From a virus (Duplodnaviria > Caudoviricetes), in IMG/VR virus record IMGVR_UViG_3300033076_000637, positions 1 through 36,412 of that record: a stretch of DNA of 36,412 nt. One strand, written 5' to 3'. The notes beneath the pieces were generated by a model, which did no database searches, had not been told where the DNA came from, and saw only the letters and a list, made by a program, of their open reading frames with translations. A program made the translations under genes and the position numbers. This document shows, piece after piece, positions 8,134-20,900 of this stretch (its first letter is position 1; each line of letters opens with the position of its first letter).

Positions 8134-8734
8134 CGGCATTGATATTGCTCAGCGTCTGTATACGCAAGGTGTAATCAATTTGAATTTGTCTGTTCAAGCT
8201 CTTTTGAACAGGGTGAAAAATAACATGCGTGATCAAACGCAGATTGTCGGAAGCGCCGTTCCAAACTTTTAATCCTAGCTCGTCAAACACATATTCGCCG
8301 TTAAAATTAGTTGAATTATCAAATGCCTGCTGTTCTGGCGGCTCACCGTAGTCCAGCAAACATGTTACTAAAATGTCTGAGTACACATTCCCGGCTGTGT
8401 GCAACACTGTCATTTTGTTGTTGATTGGGTCTGTGTCTGCTGCTGAATTATCATCCACTACTTTGGCGTAGGTTTGATTGTATAAATCAGCATTTTGACC
8501 TGTGGTGTTGGGCGGTAAGTAGGTAATCACGCCAGTGGGGTCAACTGAACTACCCCCGTTGCCAAAGGCCATTTGGTAAATGTAGCCTAAATTTCTATCA
8601 CTTAATGTTTGTGCTAATGCTATACTGATGTTTTCATAATGAATAGCATTATGATCGTCATAGAAAATTTCCCCGCTATTGGGGTCATGTATTTTAACGT
8701 GTCCAGTAATTTTTGCTAGTCCTGGCTCAATCAT
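8129..8734 (-). CDS. Virion structural/baseplate protein (201 aa)
   Basis: MAFGNGG, FDELGL and LITHVIFHPVQKSLNRQIQIDYTLRI resemble tail-collar/baseplate-fibre attachment domains; lies between the giant wedge and the fibres. Confidence 0.7.
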   Translation of the reverse strand: MIEPGLAKITGHVKIHDPNSGEIFYDDHNAIHYENISIALAQTLSDRNLGYIYQMAFGNGGSSVDPTGVITYLPPNTTGQNADLYNQTYAKVVDDNSAADTDPINNKMTVLHTAGNVYSDILVTCLLDYGEPPEQQAFDNSTNFNGEYVFDELGLKVWNGASDNLRLITHVIFHPVQKSLNRQIQIDYTLRIQTLSNINAV

Positions 8735-8886
8735 GCTCGGCCCTCTACAAAAGTTTGTTGTGTTTTTGGATCAAAAATACGCATGTGAGCCTGCACAGAA
8801 ATAGTGCCGTTTTCATTGGGACGACTGCCTGGTTTCTGATTGACCGCTGGTTGCTGTACCTTGGAATTTTCCTGCGTGTTTGACAT
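8731..8886 (-). CDS. Small protein, 51 aa (missing from ORF track)
   Basis: MSNTQENSKVQQPAVNQKPGSRPNENGTISVQAHMRIFDPKTQQTFVEGRA*; fills the gap exactly, ATGA overlap with the next gene, AAGGA and AATAAATA upstream. Confidence 0.8.
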   Translation of the reverse strand: MSNTQENSKVQQPAVNQKPGSRPNENGTISVQAHMRIFDPKTQQTFVEGRA

Positions 8887-8893
8887 GGTCTTT

Positions 8894-8901
8894 TATTTAT
8901 T
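8894..8901 (-). promoter_or_regulatory. Late promoter-like box AATAAATA
   Basis: TAAATA core in the 18-nt intergenic gap, 7 nt upstream of ATG 8886. Confidence 0.55.
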
Positions 8902-8904
8902 CCT

Positions 8905-11900
8905 TTATCTATTGGTCAAAAACCTTGCTGCACTGCTGTTGTTTTCTTGCAGCGATTGCACTCTTTCTGCTTCAGTAGCAATGTCATACCACCATTTGCC
9001 CTGGCGTACCAGTATTGTTACTTCTACTCCTGATTCGGGTGCAAACAGTCCCAGAGACGGATCCACTACAAAATCCACAGCCAGCGGATCAAAATCAGTT
9101 ACAAACCAACGATACTGGCTGGTAGCGGTTGTATCACTATAGGCATACTGACGCACACCTCCTACGTAAACTTCAACGGCTGGGCGTTCGCTGCTAGAAT
9201 CTAAGAAATCATCAAATTGAATACTTGGTGCGTAGAACACTGATGTTGATCCATCGCCTATACTGGTATCTTGTACAGTGTAGTTTTGGTAATCACCATT
9301 GAGCAAATTGCCCCGGCCCATGTCGTAGACATCAGTTCCGGCACTGTGTTCTGCTGCGCCTGTGCCACCTGTTCCTCTGCGCATACCAAGTATTGCATTG
9401 TTGGTATAGTCAATGTCTCTGTACATGATACGCTCGCCGTCAATGGTTATGACCCCATATATATTGGCTGCTAAATTAGGCTGCGACAATCGACTGACGT
9501 TTTCAACATAGGCCACTGTGGCATCCGCAGTTAGATCCTGTGTCAGTACTGTGGTAGTCTCAGGGGTTATTCTATAAGTTGCTTGTACCCCGCGCATGTC
9601 TTGGAAGATTCTGAATGCCGCAGCATCAGGCACAAATGTTTCAGCAAATTCAGTAACAACCAAAGTTTGAGTTGGGCCAATTGCCCCTGATGCAAGAATC
9701 AACTGTTGGTTTTCAACAGTAAAGTCTACTCCTTCAAACAATCTAGTTCCATCTAGTGTTACCCATAAACGATTAGCAGAAACAGTTCTTAGCAAGTTAA
9801 AATCATTTGAAGGAATATTAATACCCACTGCATAATCAAAACTGCCCGGAGTATTGCTAACAGTTGCTAAGTCATAATCAGTTTGATCGTATCCTTCAAA
9901 AATTGAAATTCCTGAATATACTGGACCGTAGAACACCTGTGTCAATAAATCTTGCTGAGACGTATCATTCCAGGTTGTTATTGCAAATTGATCTCCAATG
10001 TTTACAATTCCAGTCATAAACAAACTGTTGCCTACAATTTGCCATCCAGCCAAGGTTGTAATTGCAATTAAAATTCTTGCCCCTGCTGCTGGAGGTGTAT
10101 TAAACACCACTTGACGTCCAGGTGTTTCACTACCAGTGTATGAAGTCACTGAGTAAGTACCAACAGTAGCGCCTACCGTTTGAACTTGCAGTTGGTTATC
10201 TACCCATACCATAACGTCTGTGGGGGCATTGATCAAAGCCTGGCTAAAACCAAGTCGTTGTGGCAGTCCAAATTCAGTACTGGAGTCGTCGCCAATCCAT
10301 TCAATACTACCAGGCGGTTTTAATCTCAGTCCGTTTTGTACCACACACGCATTAACAGGATTGGTACCTTCAGTACTGTTAGTTAATGTAATAGTTCGAT
10401 TACTGGCTGTCAACGCAGTGGCAGTAAAGTATTGTACCACCGGAGTACTCCAACTATATTGTTCAGGTGTAGTGTAACCCAAGGCACACAATGATATACC
10501 GTCGTTAACGGTTGGTGTAAATCCAAATGTAACCAGTGTTTGTAGCGTTGGAACAAACGGCAACCAGTAAGTGGTATTAAAAATTGCAGTGCCAGCAGGT
10601 ACATCTTGCAGTGCGCGATAGTAGTCGCCACTGTCAGTTACTACATCAAACTTGTTGTAAGAACTAATAATACTCCATTCAACATGTTCTTCCCAGGCTT
10701 CAAAAGTGTTGCCTGTGGTTGGCGAGCCATTTCTAAACACAACCAGTTGGTTAATTTCTGCGGCATTTACAGGAATCAACACAGTACTTCCTACTGCACC
10801 AATCAGCAGATCTCTGTACAACTGGCTTCCGCCACCGAGTTCGTAAACAAAAATATTGAAATTATCGTTGACAGTAACACCGCCAACAATGGTCACAGTT
10901 TCTGCGTCCCAATCAATAGTAAAATCAATGTCAGGATACAGATCTCGCCCAGTGGTAATATTACTGACCAACACTTGCACTGGGAATTCAGTAACTCCTT
11001 GCCAACTGTAAGTCGAAACTCCACTTTCTAAAGTGTATCGAACGCTGTTGACTTGGAAACCGTGACCATTTTCTCCTGGTAAGCCATCATATGCTGACCA
11101 GTCGCTACCGGGACGAGTATAAACACGCAAATCCAATGTATCGTATTCTGCACCGTTGACCAGTTCTTCTGGTGCATGACCTTCATATGGTCCTAGGTAT
11201 TGGCCGCCTTCTACGTTGATGTCACTGAATCTTGTGCCTAGTGCAACATCAGTATAATTGCTTTCATAATCAGCGTCCAATGGCAGAGGTGCTCCAAAGT
11301 AGTTACCCCAAACCTGAACGCCAGGATAATCAGTTCCGTCAATCAGCAGTGGCAATTCAAGTCCAGGCAAAGATGCGCTAGGAACATAGTATCCCATGGT
11401 TCGATCCACTCCTGACAACTGGCTGGCCGGAACTTCAACCCAATCTTCTAAATTGAATTCAGGGCCCACGTTGGCAGAGCTACCATCACTGTTTTCTGCC
11501 CGCCACACAGCATTGTTGTGTCTTACCAACGTGCCATTAACATAAGTTCCATCGGGACTCCAGGTAACAATGCTGGTTTGATATTGGAATCTATCATACT
11601 TGATTGTGGTTCTAAAACTTCTAACCAAATCATTGGTCATCACAGCATAGGCTTTGGCGCCTGTGCCATTGCCGCCGTCAAATACAATGGTAGGTGTAGA
11701 AGTGTAGCCTACACCAGGATTCAACACGTTGACCCCAACAATTTGTCCGATGAAGTTCAACACCGGGACCACTTCTGCGGCTTCGATACAATCACCTTGG
11801 ACAATTACTGTAGGCGCAACAGTGTAGCCTACACCTTGATCAATCATTTGTACAGAATCAACACTCAGTGTATAGTTCGACAGCCACTGGCTATATGGCC

Positions 11901-14900
11901 ATTTTGACCAAATTGGGTCATCTTCGTAGACATCACTGTCAATGTTAAATGGCTGGTAACTGCTGTGGTTGTACGGCAACAATATTGGACTGGTGTATTT
12001 GGGCACAGTCAAACTGGTGTTGTAGTATGCTGGCAGATCAAAGTCAGTTATGTCTCCCAAGAACACGTCATTACCATTGTAGGTCAAATTAAATTCACGG
12101 ATCTGTACGTGATAAGGTTTAACTTCTTGAATGTAGTCCAAAACAAATTCTTGATTATCTCTACGATAATTCTGATATGGCTCAAGATTTCTAATTCTGT
12201 GACTTACATCAATCAATGATGTTTTTACCAACCATTCAGGCGCAGAGAATTCGCTCAACACAAAGTTAAACATTAACATCAGCGCACGATTGCGTTCTAT
12301 TAATAAATCTCCAACAAATAGTTCTTCGTTAATAGCTTGAATAATCTTACGAGTTTCAATCACAGGTTCTTGATCAAAGTATTGCGCATCAAATACTTCA
12401 ACGTCAAAGCCAAATCTGCCAAGTTCATAATCCCAGAGCTCAGCCGAGAATTCAATAGTACCATCTTGCAATGCAACTCTGTCCCATCCAGTGACAGTTT
12501 TGAGATAGATTTCCCACTTACCTTGAGCATTGGCTGTTACTTTAACAGAACTCCCTACTGGCACATCTAGTGCTGCAAGTGCAGCATAGTTTGATACTTC
12601 TACTAGAACTTTGGTACTGCTATTGTATCCAGGCAAATACCAATCAATGTGACTCCAGTAAGCCGGGGTATAATAGTTTTGAACTCGAGACAACAGTAAT
12701 TCTCTAACACCAGTCTGTGTTTCACTTTCAATCACTGTGTAAATGGTCCAGAAACCGTTGTTGCTACTGTCTGACAACACCAAGTAAGTGTAGCCCAATG
12801 GCACTGCGTAGATATCTTGATAACTTAAAATTTCGAGATTAGCAACTTCAAAATCCCATTGGCCAGAATTTGCGCTTGGCACAGGTTCTTTGCTGTTTAA
12901 TAATACAAATGTTTTTGTTTCGACCACAGGGTACAATGACAACACGGAATTTACTCTTGTGAGATAGTTTTTCAGTGCATCAAAGCGATTGATAAACATT
13001 GACTGACGTGGGCGGAACTGAACTCCGTAACGTTCTGCTTCAAACAAATTAGGATCAGGCACTTGATTTCCAAAGGTGTCGACACCGCAGAAACTGTCCT
13101 GAAGTTTTTTGTACAGGCTTTGACTAATCCAACCGTCAGCGAGGCCCTCAGCAACCAGTTCATATTCAACGTGTACATTGGCGTCTGTTAAGATTCGATC
13201 AAATTCAATGTGAAGAATTGTGTCTTCGGCTTCGATCAAGTCGCCTGAGTTATACAACGCCACAGTGCTGGCATTGATTGGGGCAATATAAGGGATACCG
13301 CTGGATTTAGGATCTGCAATATAACGACTGACTGTAGAAATTGGCAAAGTTTTGCCTTGATTCACAGCAATTGTTGTTAGGTCTTTGACCCAGAAATAGT
13401 AATTAGTGGCCAATGTACCATCTTGATTCAATGTGGTATTTGACGTATAGCTCACTACATCTTTAGGGGTTCCTGGTCCAGTATAGTTTGCTGGAGGCAC
13501 TGTGCTTTGAATCCACTGATAGATGTCAACAGTACTGCCCGGGAATATCTGTGCCCAACGACGGCTAGCATACACTATAGAATCTTGATTTGGATCAATG
13601 AATCTTACTGTGCTAATATCCCACCACACTTCTCCCACATGATGTCCAAACCAAGTAGTTCCAAGATTATTAATTGTGCCATTGTTGTACATGGCTGGAT
13701 CAATGGCGCCAATGTAATCAATGTTTTGTCTAGCGGCTCCTAGAATTTTACCCTGTAAAGGATTGAAGAAATCTAAGAATTCTGTGCGTGCTGATGTGAC
13801 CTTATCATAGAAGAACACCGAATTTAAAAGTCGTATGTCAACAGTAGGTTGTTCAACATACACAGGTACCCAGGCCGGTGTTCTGTTGGGGTTCTCAAAC
13901 ACAAATACTCGACCAAAGTTTGCGGCGCTGTCCCCGGCATCATTGCCAGGTGCACCAACCAGCAATATACCACCTTTGTAATTAACAGCAATGCCATAAT
14001 CATCGTAACTGGCAATATTTGTGCCAACAATTTGATCGCCAAACACAAACATAGATGGATTGGCCTGCGTGTTGGAACTGCTGTTTAACAAATCAAATGT
14101 GTATACAGCGCCACTCTGTGCAGTAGAACTAAAGAACACTGTGGCACCTACGTCCCAAATAGTGGTATTGTCATCCCATTCAATTTGAATGTATTGTGTT
14201 CCGTTGTTGGCACCAACTACCAAACTTGTTGCAGATTCGTCGAGGCTTATACTCTGGCCAAACGACGCCATTTCCAATGGATAAGGATTTTGTATCTGTT
14301 GTGTAAACACAAATGGCTCAAAACCGCAGTCAGTCCAAACACTGCCTATAGATCCGGGAAGCACACTTACTTTATTTGCGACAGGTGCAGAATTTGAATT
14401 TGTCACAGTGATAGTGAGATAACCGTTGCTAACTGATGCAGTTACGTTTGGAACCATGGCATTGATTTCACTGGCTAAACTAGTGACTGTGTTGTTTGGT
14501 GCCGATGGAACAGGTACGTCCATATTGTTGACTCGCAGAGTATCACCAGCAGTCAGTGTAGGATTGGCCACAGTTGCAGTGATACTTCCGTAAATTCTTG
14601 CTACGTTGACACTGCGTTCTACTACACCACCTTTGAAAATTTGCGCACTGCTTTGTGGGGCGCCCGAGTAAACACTACAGTTATATCTACATAGTTCAAC
14701 AGAAGTACCAAAATTAGAAAATTCAGCAACGCTATCCTGACTGATAGTTTGCATCAATGAGAATTGATTGGTTTCAATTTCTACCACGTCGCCTACTGTT
14801 AAATCTGTCAGCACAGTTACATCATTGCCTGATACAGTAAAACTGTTTGGAGCATCAATCACAGCATCAGTTTGATTGATTAAAAATTCTCCATTAACAG

Positions 14901-17900
14901 TTACAGATATAGGGCCAGTCATTGTGCCAAGAGTGGTAAATGTCACTGAACTTGGATCTTGGCCATAAATGAATCGTTGTACGTCGCGATCGAATACATA
15001 GATTGCCCCGGCTTCAAGTTCACCGTCCACTGTTTGTCCAGGAGCACCAACAACTACTTGTCGTCCGTCTGTGCTGACTGCAATGCTAGAACCAAACATG
15101 GCTGTGCCGCTGAGTCCAGCAGGACTCAAAGTGTCAACATATTTGAAATAGCTTTGAGCTACAAATTTTAAATTGTTAGTTCCTGCTGACGGAGTAGTGT
15201 CAAAATTAATTCCGCCAGCACCATCATAGTAATAATCAAGGAACGGTCGTTGTAGCACATCATCGATGTAAACATTTACAGCATAAATGTTATCAACTGT
15301 AAAGAAATACTGACTGATGTTATAGTTATTTGTTAGTCCAGTAGCACTGACATACTGAGTGTTGATACGTTGGAATCTAATCAATGCACCTTCTGATGGT
15401 GCTGTAACAAAATTCACAGTTGAGTATGCTGCAATATTATAATCAACGCCCAGTGTTAATAACTTTCCATTTACATACACCAATAGTTGTGTGTTGGCAT
15501 CAATCTGAATTACGTCTGCTATTTCATAGGATGTTGTAACACCGTCGGCTAATTGAGTAATAAACTGATTTTGCCAATCAACTCGTCCGTATGCATATAC
15601 CTTGTTATAAACTGGAGCGCCAACATACAACCAACGCTCGTCGTTGCTCATGGCTACTGAAGAACCAAATTTTGTCGGGACATCAAATAGAATGCCTGCG
15701 CCATCTTCAGCAACTAGTATTTGCCACTGTGCATATGGTAGAACGCCGGGTTCACCCAAGGCAGGATCACGATAGATCACAACAGCGTAACCGTAATTAT
15801 CAATACCCCAAGATCCCAAACTTGCACTGGCACCTGCCACTGCCCAGGTCGAACCTCCAAAATCAACTGCGTTACCATAGCCACGTAGTCCCGTAGTGTC
15901 AAGAGTCAAAATGCCATCACCACTTTGCAATGGACTCACCGGTGTGTACTGATCGCTATAGCTCTTGACGTAAAGATAAACAGCGCCAGTTTCGGTTCCA
16001 GTATTAAATCCGTAACGAGGACTACCTACTAGACTAGCCAGTCTATTATCAGATTGTGCCACAGATGCGCCATATTGTTCTCCCGCATCAAGTAGCACAG
16101 GTGCCAGTTCGATGTTGTTGGTGAACACATACTGTTTTTCAATAACTTCCCAAAGTCCGTCACCGTTGTTGTCTACCCATACTCGAGCGCCAGGCTGAAT
16201 GGCCAATGCGTACGGCAAGTCACCTACTTCGCTGGGTTGGTCTACACGCATGGTCTGCAATGTAAAGCCAAGACCGTTGCCATCAGCAACTGTTCGGCTG
16301 CCTCTAAATTGAAATACTATGTTAACAGTGTTTAAGTTGACCACAGAAACAACATCATATACACCATTGACTTCGTCGTCAAAGAATTTGATAATTAGTT
16401 TATCACCAACACTGAGTCCATGTGCTGTTGAGAATATTACTCGGCTGGTATTGTCAAGGTTATCACACACATGCTGTACGATTCCTGGCACAGGCTCAGC
16501 GCGATAAATTCCCCAGTCGTAACTGTTGACTTTTGCAGCCCAAATGCTAGTACCCACTTGAATCTTATCGATGTTGGCTTTCAAGCTAGCGTTGTTGTTG
16601 ATATCAAAAACAGTGATATCAGCATCATCAAGATTGACATAGCCAGCAGTCGGTAAACCAATGTCCAGTGGTAAATCTGTTGTGGTTGGCAAAATATTTG
16701 GCGAAGTTAATTTATAACTTTCTCTCCAAATGTTACCTAACTGAATTGCTTGATCAGCGTCGCTTGGTTGATTAGGATTAATCACTTGCACAAGGCTAGG
16801 ATTACTGTTTAGCAATCCACGATTTAATCTCAACTCAAAGAAACTGCGGTTGGCATTGGCGCCATATACACCACGTTGCACTGCCCAGTTTTCGTAGACT
16901 TGATAGTCAGCACTTTCTTTTCCAAGGTTGGCTTGTCCAAACAACTCTGTTGATAACAATGTTCCTTTGCTGTGTAAGAATTGACGATAAATGTTAACTT
17001 GACTAACATCATCGAGATTCAAAGCAGCCATGTATTGACGAGGACGGAAACCAATCAGCCCGTAGGCCAGCAAGTCATTGTCACTTTCAAGGTTTGCACC
17101 GTTGATATTGTAACTGTTGGCCAGTTGGTTGGCTTTGTTGGCTAGGTTAGGCAACAAGCCAAGTTCAATTTGTGTGTAATCACTTTGATACCAATCATTG
17201 AAATTGAACTTTTCGCTGGGTTGTACAATAGTAGCAGCAGACCAATACTGATTTTTGTACTTGACCAGTTCGCCCTTGGCATAGGTACGCAGTCCTGTCC
17301 ACTCTTGTATGTTGTCTCTGTTGAGAATAAAGCCTTGAGCGTCCAACGCACCATTCCACTCTGTGGTAGTCACAGCAATGAGATTCAATCGACTTTGGCG
17401 AGCACCAGTGATAGGTTCATAAATCAAATCTCCAAATACGCTTTGATTGTTCAACACAATGAGATGTTCGTAATTTGTAAACTTTAAGTCAACGCCGCTG
17501 AGACTTTCGCCGTTGAGCGGTTCTACTGAGAAGGTATTTTCTAAACGAACAATATTCAAATTACGTGTGTCTAGTTGATTTCTGTTTTGATCTACCAAAA
17601 CACTTTGTTGTGTTTGTGTAAAAATATTATCAACCACTGCACGAGGTTTGGTCACTGACAGTTTGTTGGCCAAGGGATTCAAATTAATTAGAGCGTTTTC
17701 ATTCCAGCCTTGCTGACTCCAGTACAAGAATTCTCGAGCCATTTGTTGCCAGTCTAACTGATATCCATTAAATCTGTCGGTGAATGTTAATCCTTGGTAT
17801 TCTAGATATTTTCCATAGCTCAGCAAGAATTCTACTACTTCTGCTTGTGTTGCAAAAATATATCCGTAAGGTACTCGTCCAATGTTGTTGGTCCATTTGG

Positions 17901-20900
17901 TAGGTACTTGTACTGCACTGCCACCGGCGTTGACCAGTTGGTACTGTCCAGTCTGTTGTGGCAGCAATATGTCAAAAAATGCCTGGCTGGTACTGTAGCC
18001 AAACACTGTAAATCCGCCTGTTACTTGCTTGACAACTACACTGCTGTAACTTATATGATCAAAAGGTTGATTCTTATACAGCATCAAATCATAGCTTTCA
18101 TCAGGAATCAAGAAAGCAGTGTTTTGACTGTTAGGGCTAGACTTTTCTGTGTAAATCTTAATATATTGTTTGTCACTGAAACTGGCCATGCGATAGCACA
18201 AACGTACATCAAGATTTTGCAAATCAGCCTGTATAAATGCTGTGCTGTCCAACCCAGTCATACGATTAAAATCAACAATCCAGTTGATATAACTGGCCTT
18301 GCTCACGCCATTGCCATAGACTTCGACGCCGTTGGCATCTAAACGATAGCGATTATTATAGAGGTACTGCCCAAATTCATCGCTATACTTGTACAAATCT
18401 CTGTCAGCAAACAATGCAAAGAACTTGGCTGGTCTAGTAATGGCCAACAATTTCATCGCAGCAAACGGGTACACTGAACTGTTCCACCAAGACGCTTCTA
18501 CTGGGCCGCCGTCGCCTACCTGCCAACTTTTCTTGATTCGTTCGGCATTGAGGTTGCTTACAACACTGTCGGCCGGACTCAACAATTCTCCCTGTGACCC
18601 TGTAGGAATAACTTTGGTCAAGCCAGGTCTGATATATGCGGGCTTAACATAAGGTTCAGTAGGATCTGCCACATAGCCGGCTTCAAGGTCATCCCAGAGA
18701 ACCAAGTTTGTATTGGTATATGGCCCGGGACCGTAAGCATCTAACCAATAGTCTGGACGCTCTGAGAATCCCAGCATTTCCCATGGTGCTAACTGTGGCT
18801 GTTGGGTATCGTAAAAATAACGATTGATGCCGCGCCAGGCGCCAGGCAGAGTAACATTTTCAAGTGTGCCTACGCTGTCGGAATAATTCCAACTAAATTC
18901 GTTGGTAGCAAAAAAGTCTTGTGTTCTATAATCTAGCTTATTCCAGCCGACGTAGTTTAAAAATTCAGTGGCCAAGATGCTGTTGATTTCGTTGATGTCA
19001 AATCCAGTGTTGCGGAAAGCTCCCGGAATTACATCTACTGCTTCAAGTGGCACAGGATTACCATCAAGTTTGATGTTGTTGTAAATTCTAGTTTCAAACT
19101 CCAGCAATACATCGTCACGGATGTCGCCAAACAGCGGAGTGAAACTACCGTCGTGTCCAACTATACCTTGTACTTCTCCACTAGTCGATTGCTCAGTAAC
19201 AATCTGTGGTCTCCAAGCAGGGTATAATCCCATCTTACTTGGTGTGTTAGGAACATAACTACCAGCCGTAGAAGAATACTCTCTAATGGTCAAAGTGTCA
19301 CCTACGTTGAGATCAGTTAGTATGGTAATGCGAGGACCATCAGTTGCAACTGTGTATTCTAGACCTCTTACTAAGATTGTGTCATTTAGGTACACGTTCA
19401 TGCCAAGATAGTTAGCCGAACTATAATTATGAACATAAACTGTGTCAAATGTGCTAGTGGTCACAAAAGAAATAGTATAAGTGGTTGTGGTATACAACGC
19501 ACCTTGTGGGATCATGTCTGACCAGTAGAATGGCTGTGTTTCTACCTTGCCTAAAGTCACAGACGCAATAGCAGTATCGAGAACTTCTGCTGTGGTTTGA
19601 AATTGTATGGTCTGTTGGGTCACAGCATTTAACATCTGATTTTTAAATTTCAGATATTCTTTGCTGTTGAAATCTAAGGATGCAAAAATATTGTAATCTG
19701 TACTTCTTAGGAAGTAGCCAGTCAAAGTCAATGGCGCACTTTGTTGCAGAATTACCTGGCCCCAAGGACCAATATTTCCTAAATCTCTAGTGTTGTTTGC
19801 ACCGTTGATTTTGCCCACAATAGTTGTTAAATTTTGGCAGATACTTTCATAATGTGTTCTAATTGTACCCAAAGTAAAGTAATTGCTGTTGCCATTCAAA
19901 GGATTCTTTTCTAAGTTTAAAGGAACTTGATAAAACGCCTGTTTACTTGTTTGCTCGCTCAACGCTTCAACTTCTACTATATCGCCTAAAGCATAAGTGC
20001 TGTCAAGCGTGATAGTAGTTGTAGTATCTGTGGTAATGTAGGTGTAAGTTCCTGGATCTCTGAATTGACTACCAACATAAACTTTGACTGCGGGCACAGG
20101 GTAATCTGCCGCTACTTTAACATCAAGTTTTAGAGTTCCACCATTGTAAGTGAACTGAAATTGTTGACGAATCAACGTCGGCGACACAGCAGTCTGCCAA
20201 CCAATTTGTCTTTGATACACAGTTCTATCACTATATTCTCTTACAAATCCACTACTGATATTTTCTGTTGCACTGACATTGTCTCTGGTGTAGACAAAAG
20301 TGTCTTTGTATAGATTGTTATCAAAAACAATGTCGCCAACGTTATTGATGTTCAAATACTGCAAAGGAAACTTCAGTATACTGTCAATCACACCAGTGGA
20401 AGGAGTAGCGTAACTAAACAATTTTGTTCCTACAAAATTGCTAGAAGGATATTTGGTCTGGTTGCTGAAACTGACTCCTGCACTGTCGTAGACATTGAAC
20501 AACGGTGCTTGTTGAATACTAGTTTTTAACTGAGCTTCGTAGTAGTTGCTGCCATCATACCAGAATGTTTTTCCAACCAGAGTGTTGCCTGACAAGCAAA
20601 CTGTGCTTTGATCAGTTAAAAACACCCCATCTGTGGCCACTGTTAAATTAATAATTGGCTGCCCAGTGTAAGGTGCTGGAATTGGCGGAGACGAGTCTGG
20701 AGTAATAAAACTTACAACGTATATTTTATTTCTTACATTAGGGTCTTCATCGGCTGCAAAAATCACACGCGATCCTTCAACCAAGTTATACCCGTCAATG
20801 GTATAACTTGTGGCTCCTTGCACGTTGTTAAACGCATCAGTCTGTGTTAAGTCAATGACATTTATAGGCTGCTTGCCTTGTGTGCCCATGTTGAACAATC

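Noticed and set aside
5711-8272. Series of plus-strand ORFs rich in Val/Pro/Ala/Leu
   Set aside because: Antisense mirror of Gly/Thr/Ala/Asn-rich fibre genes, whose codons rarely create opposite-strand stops.
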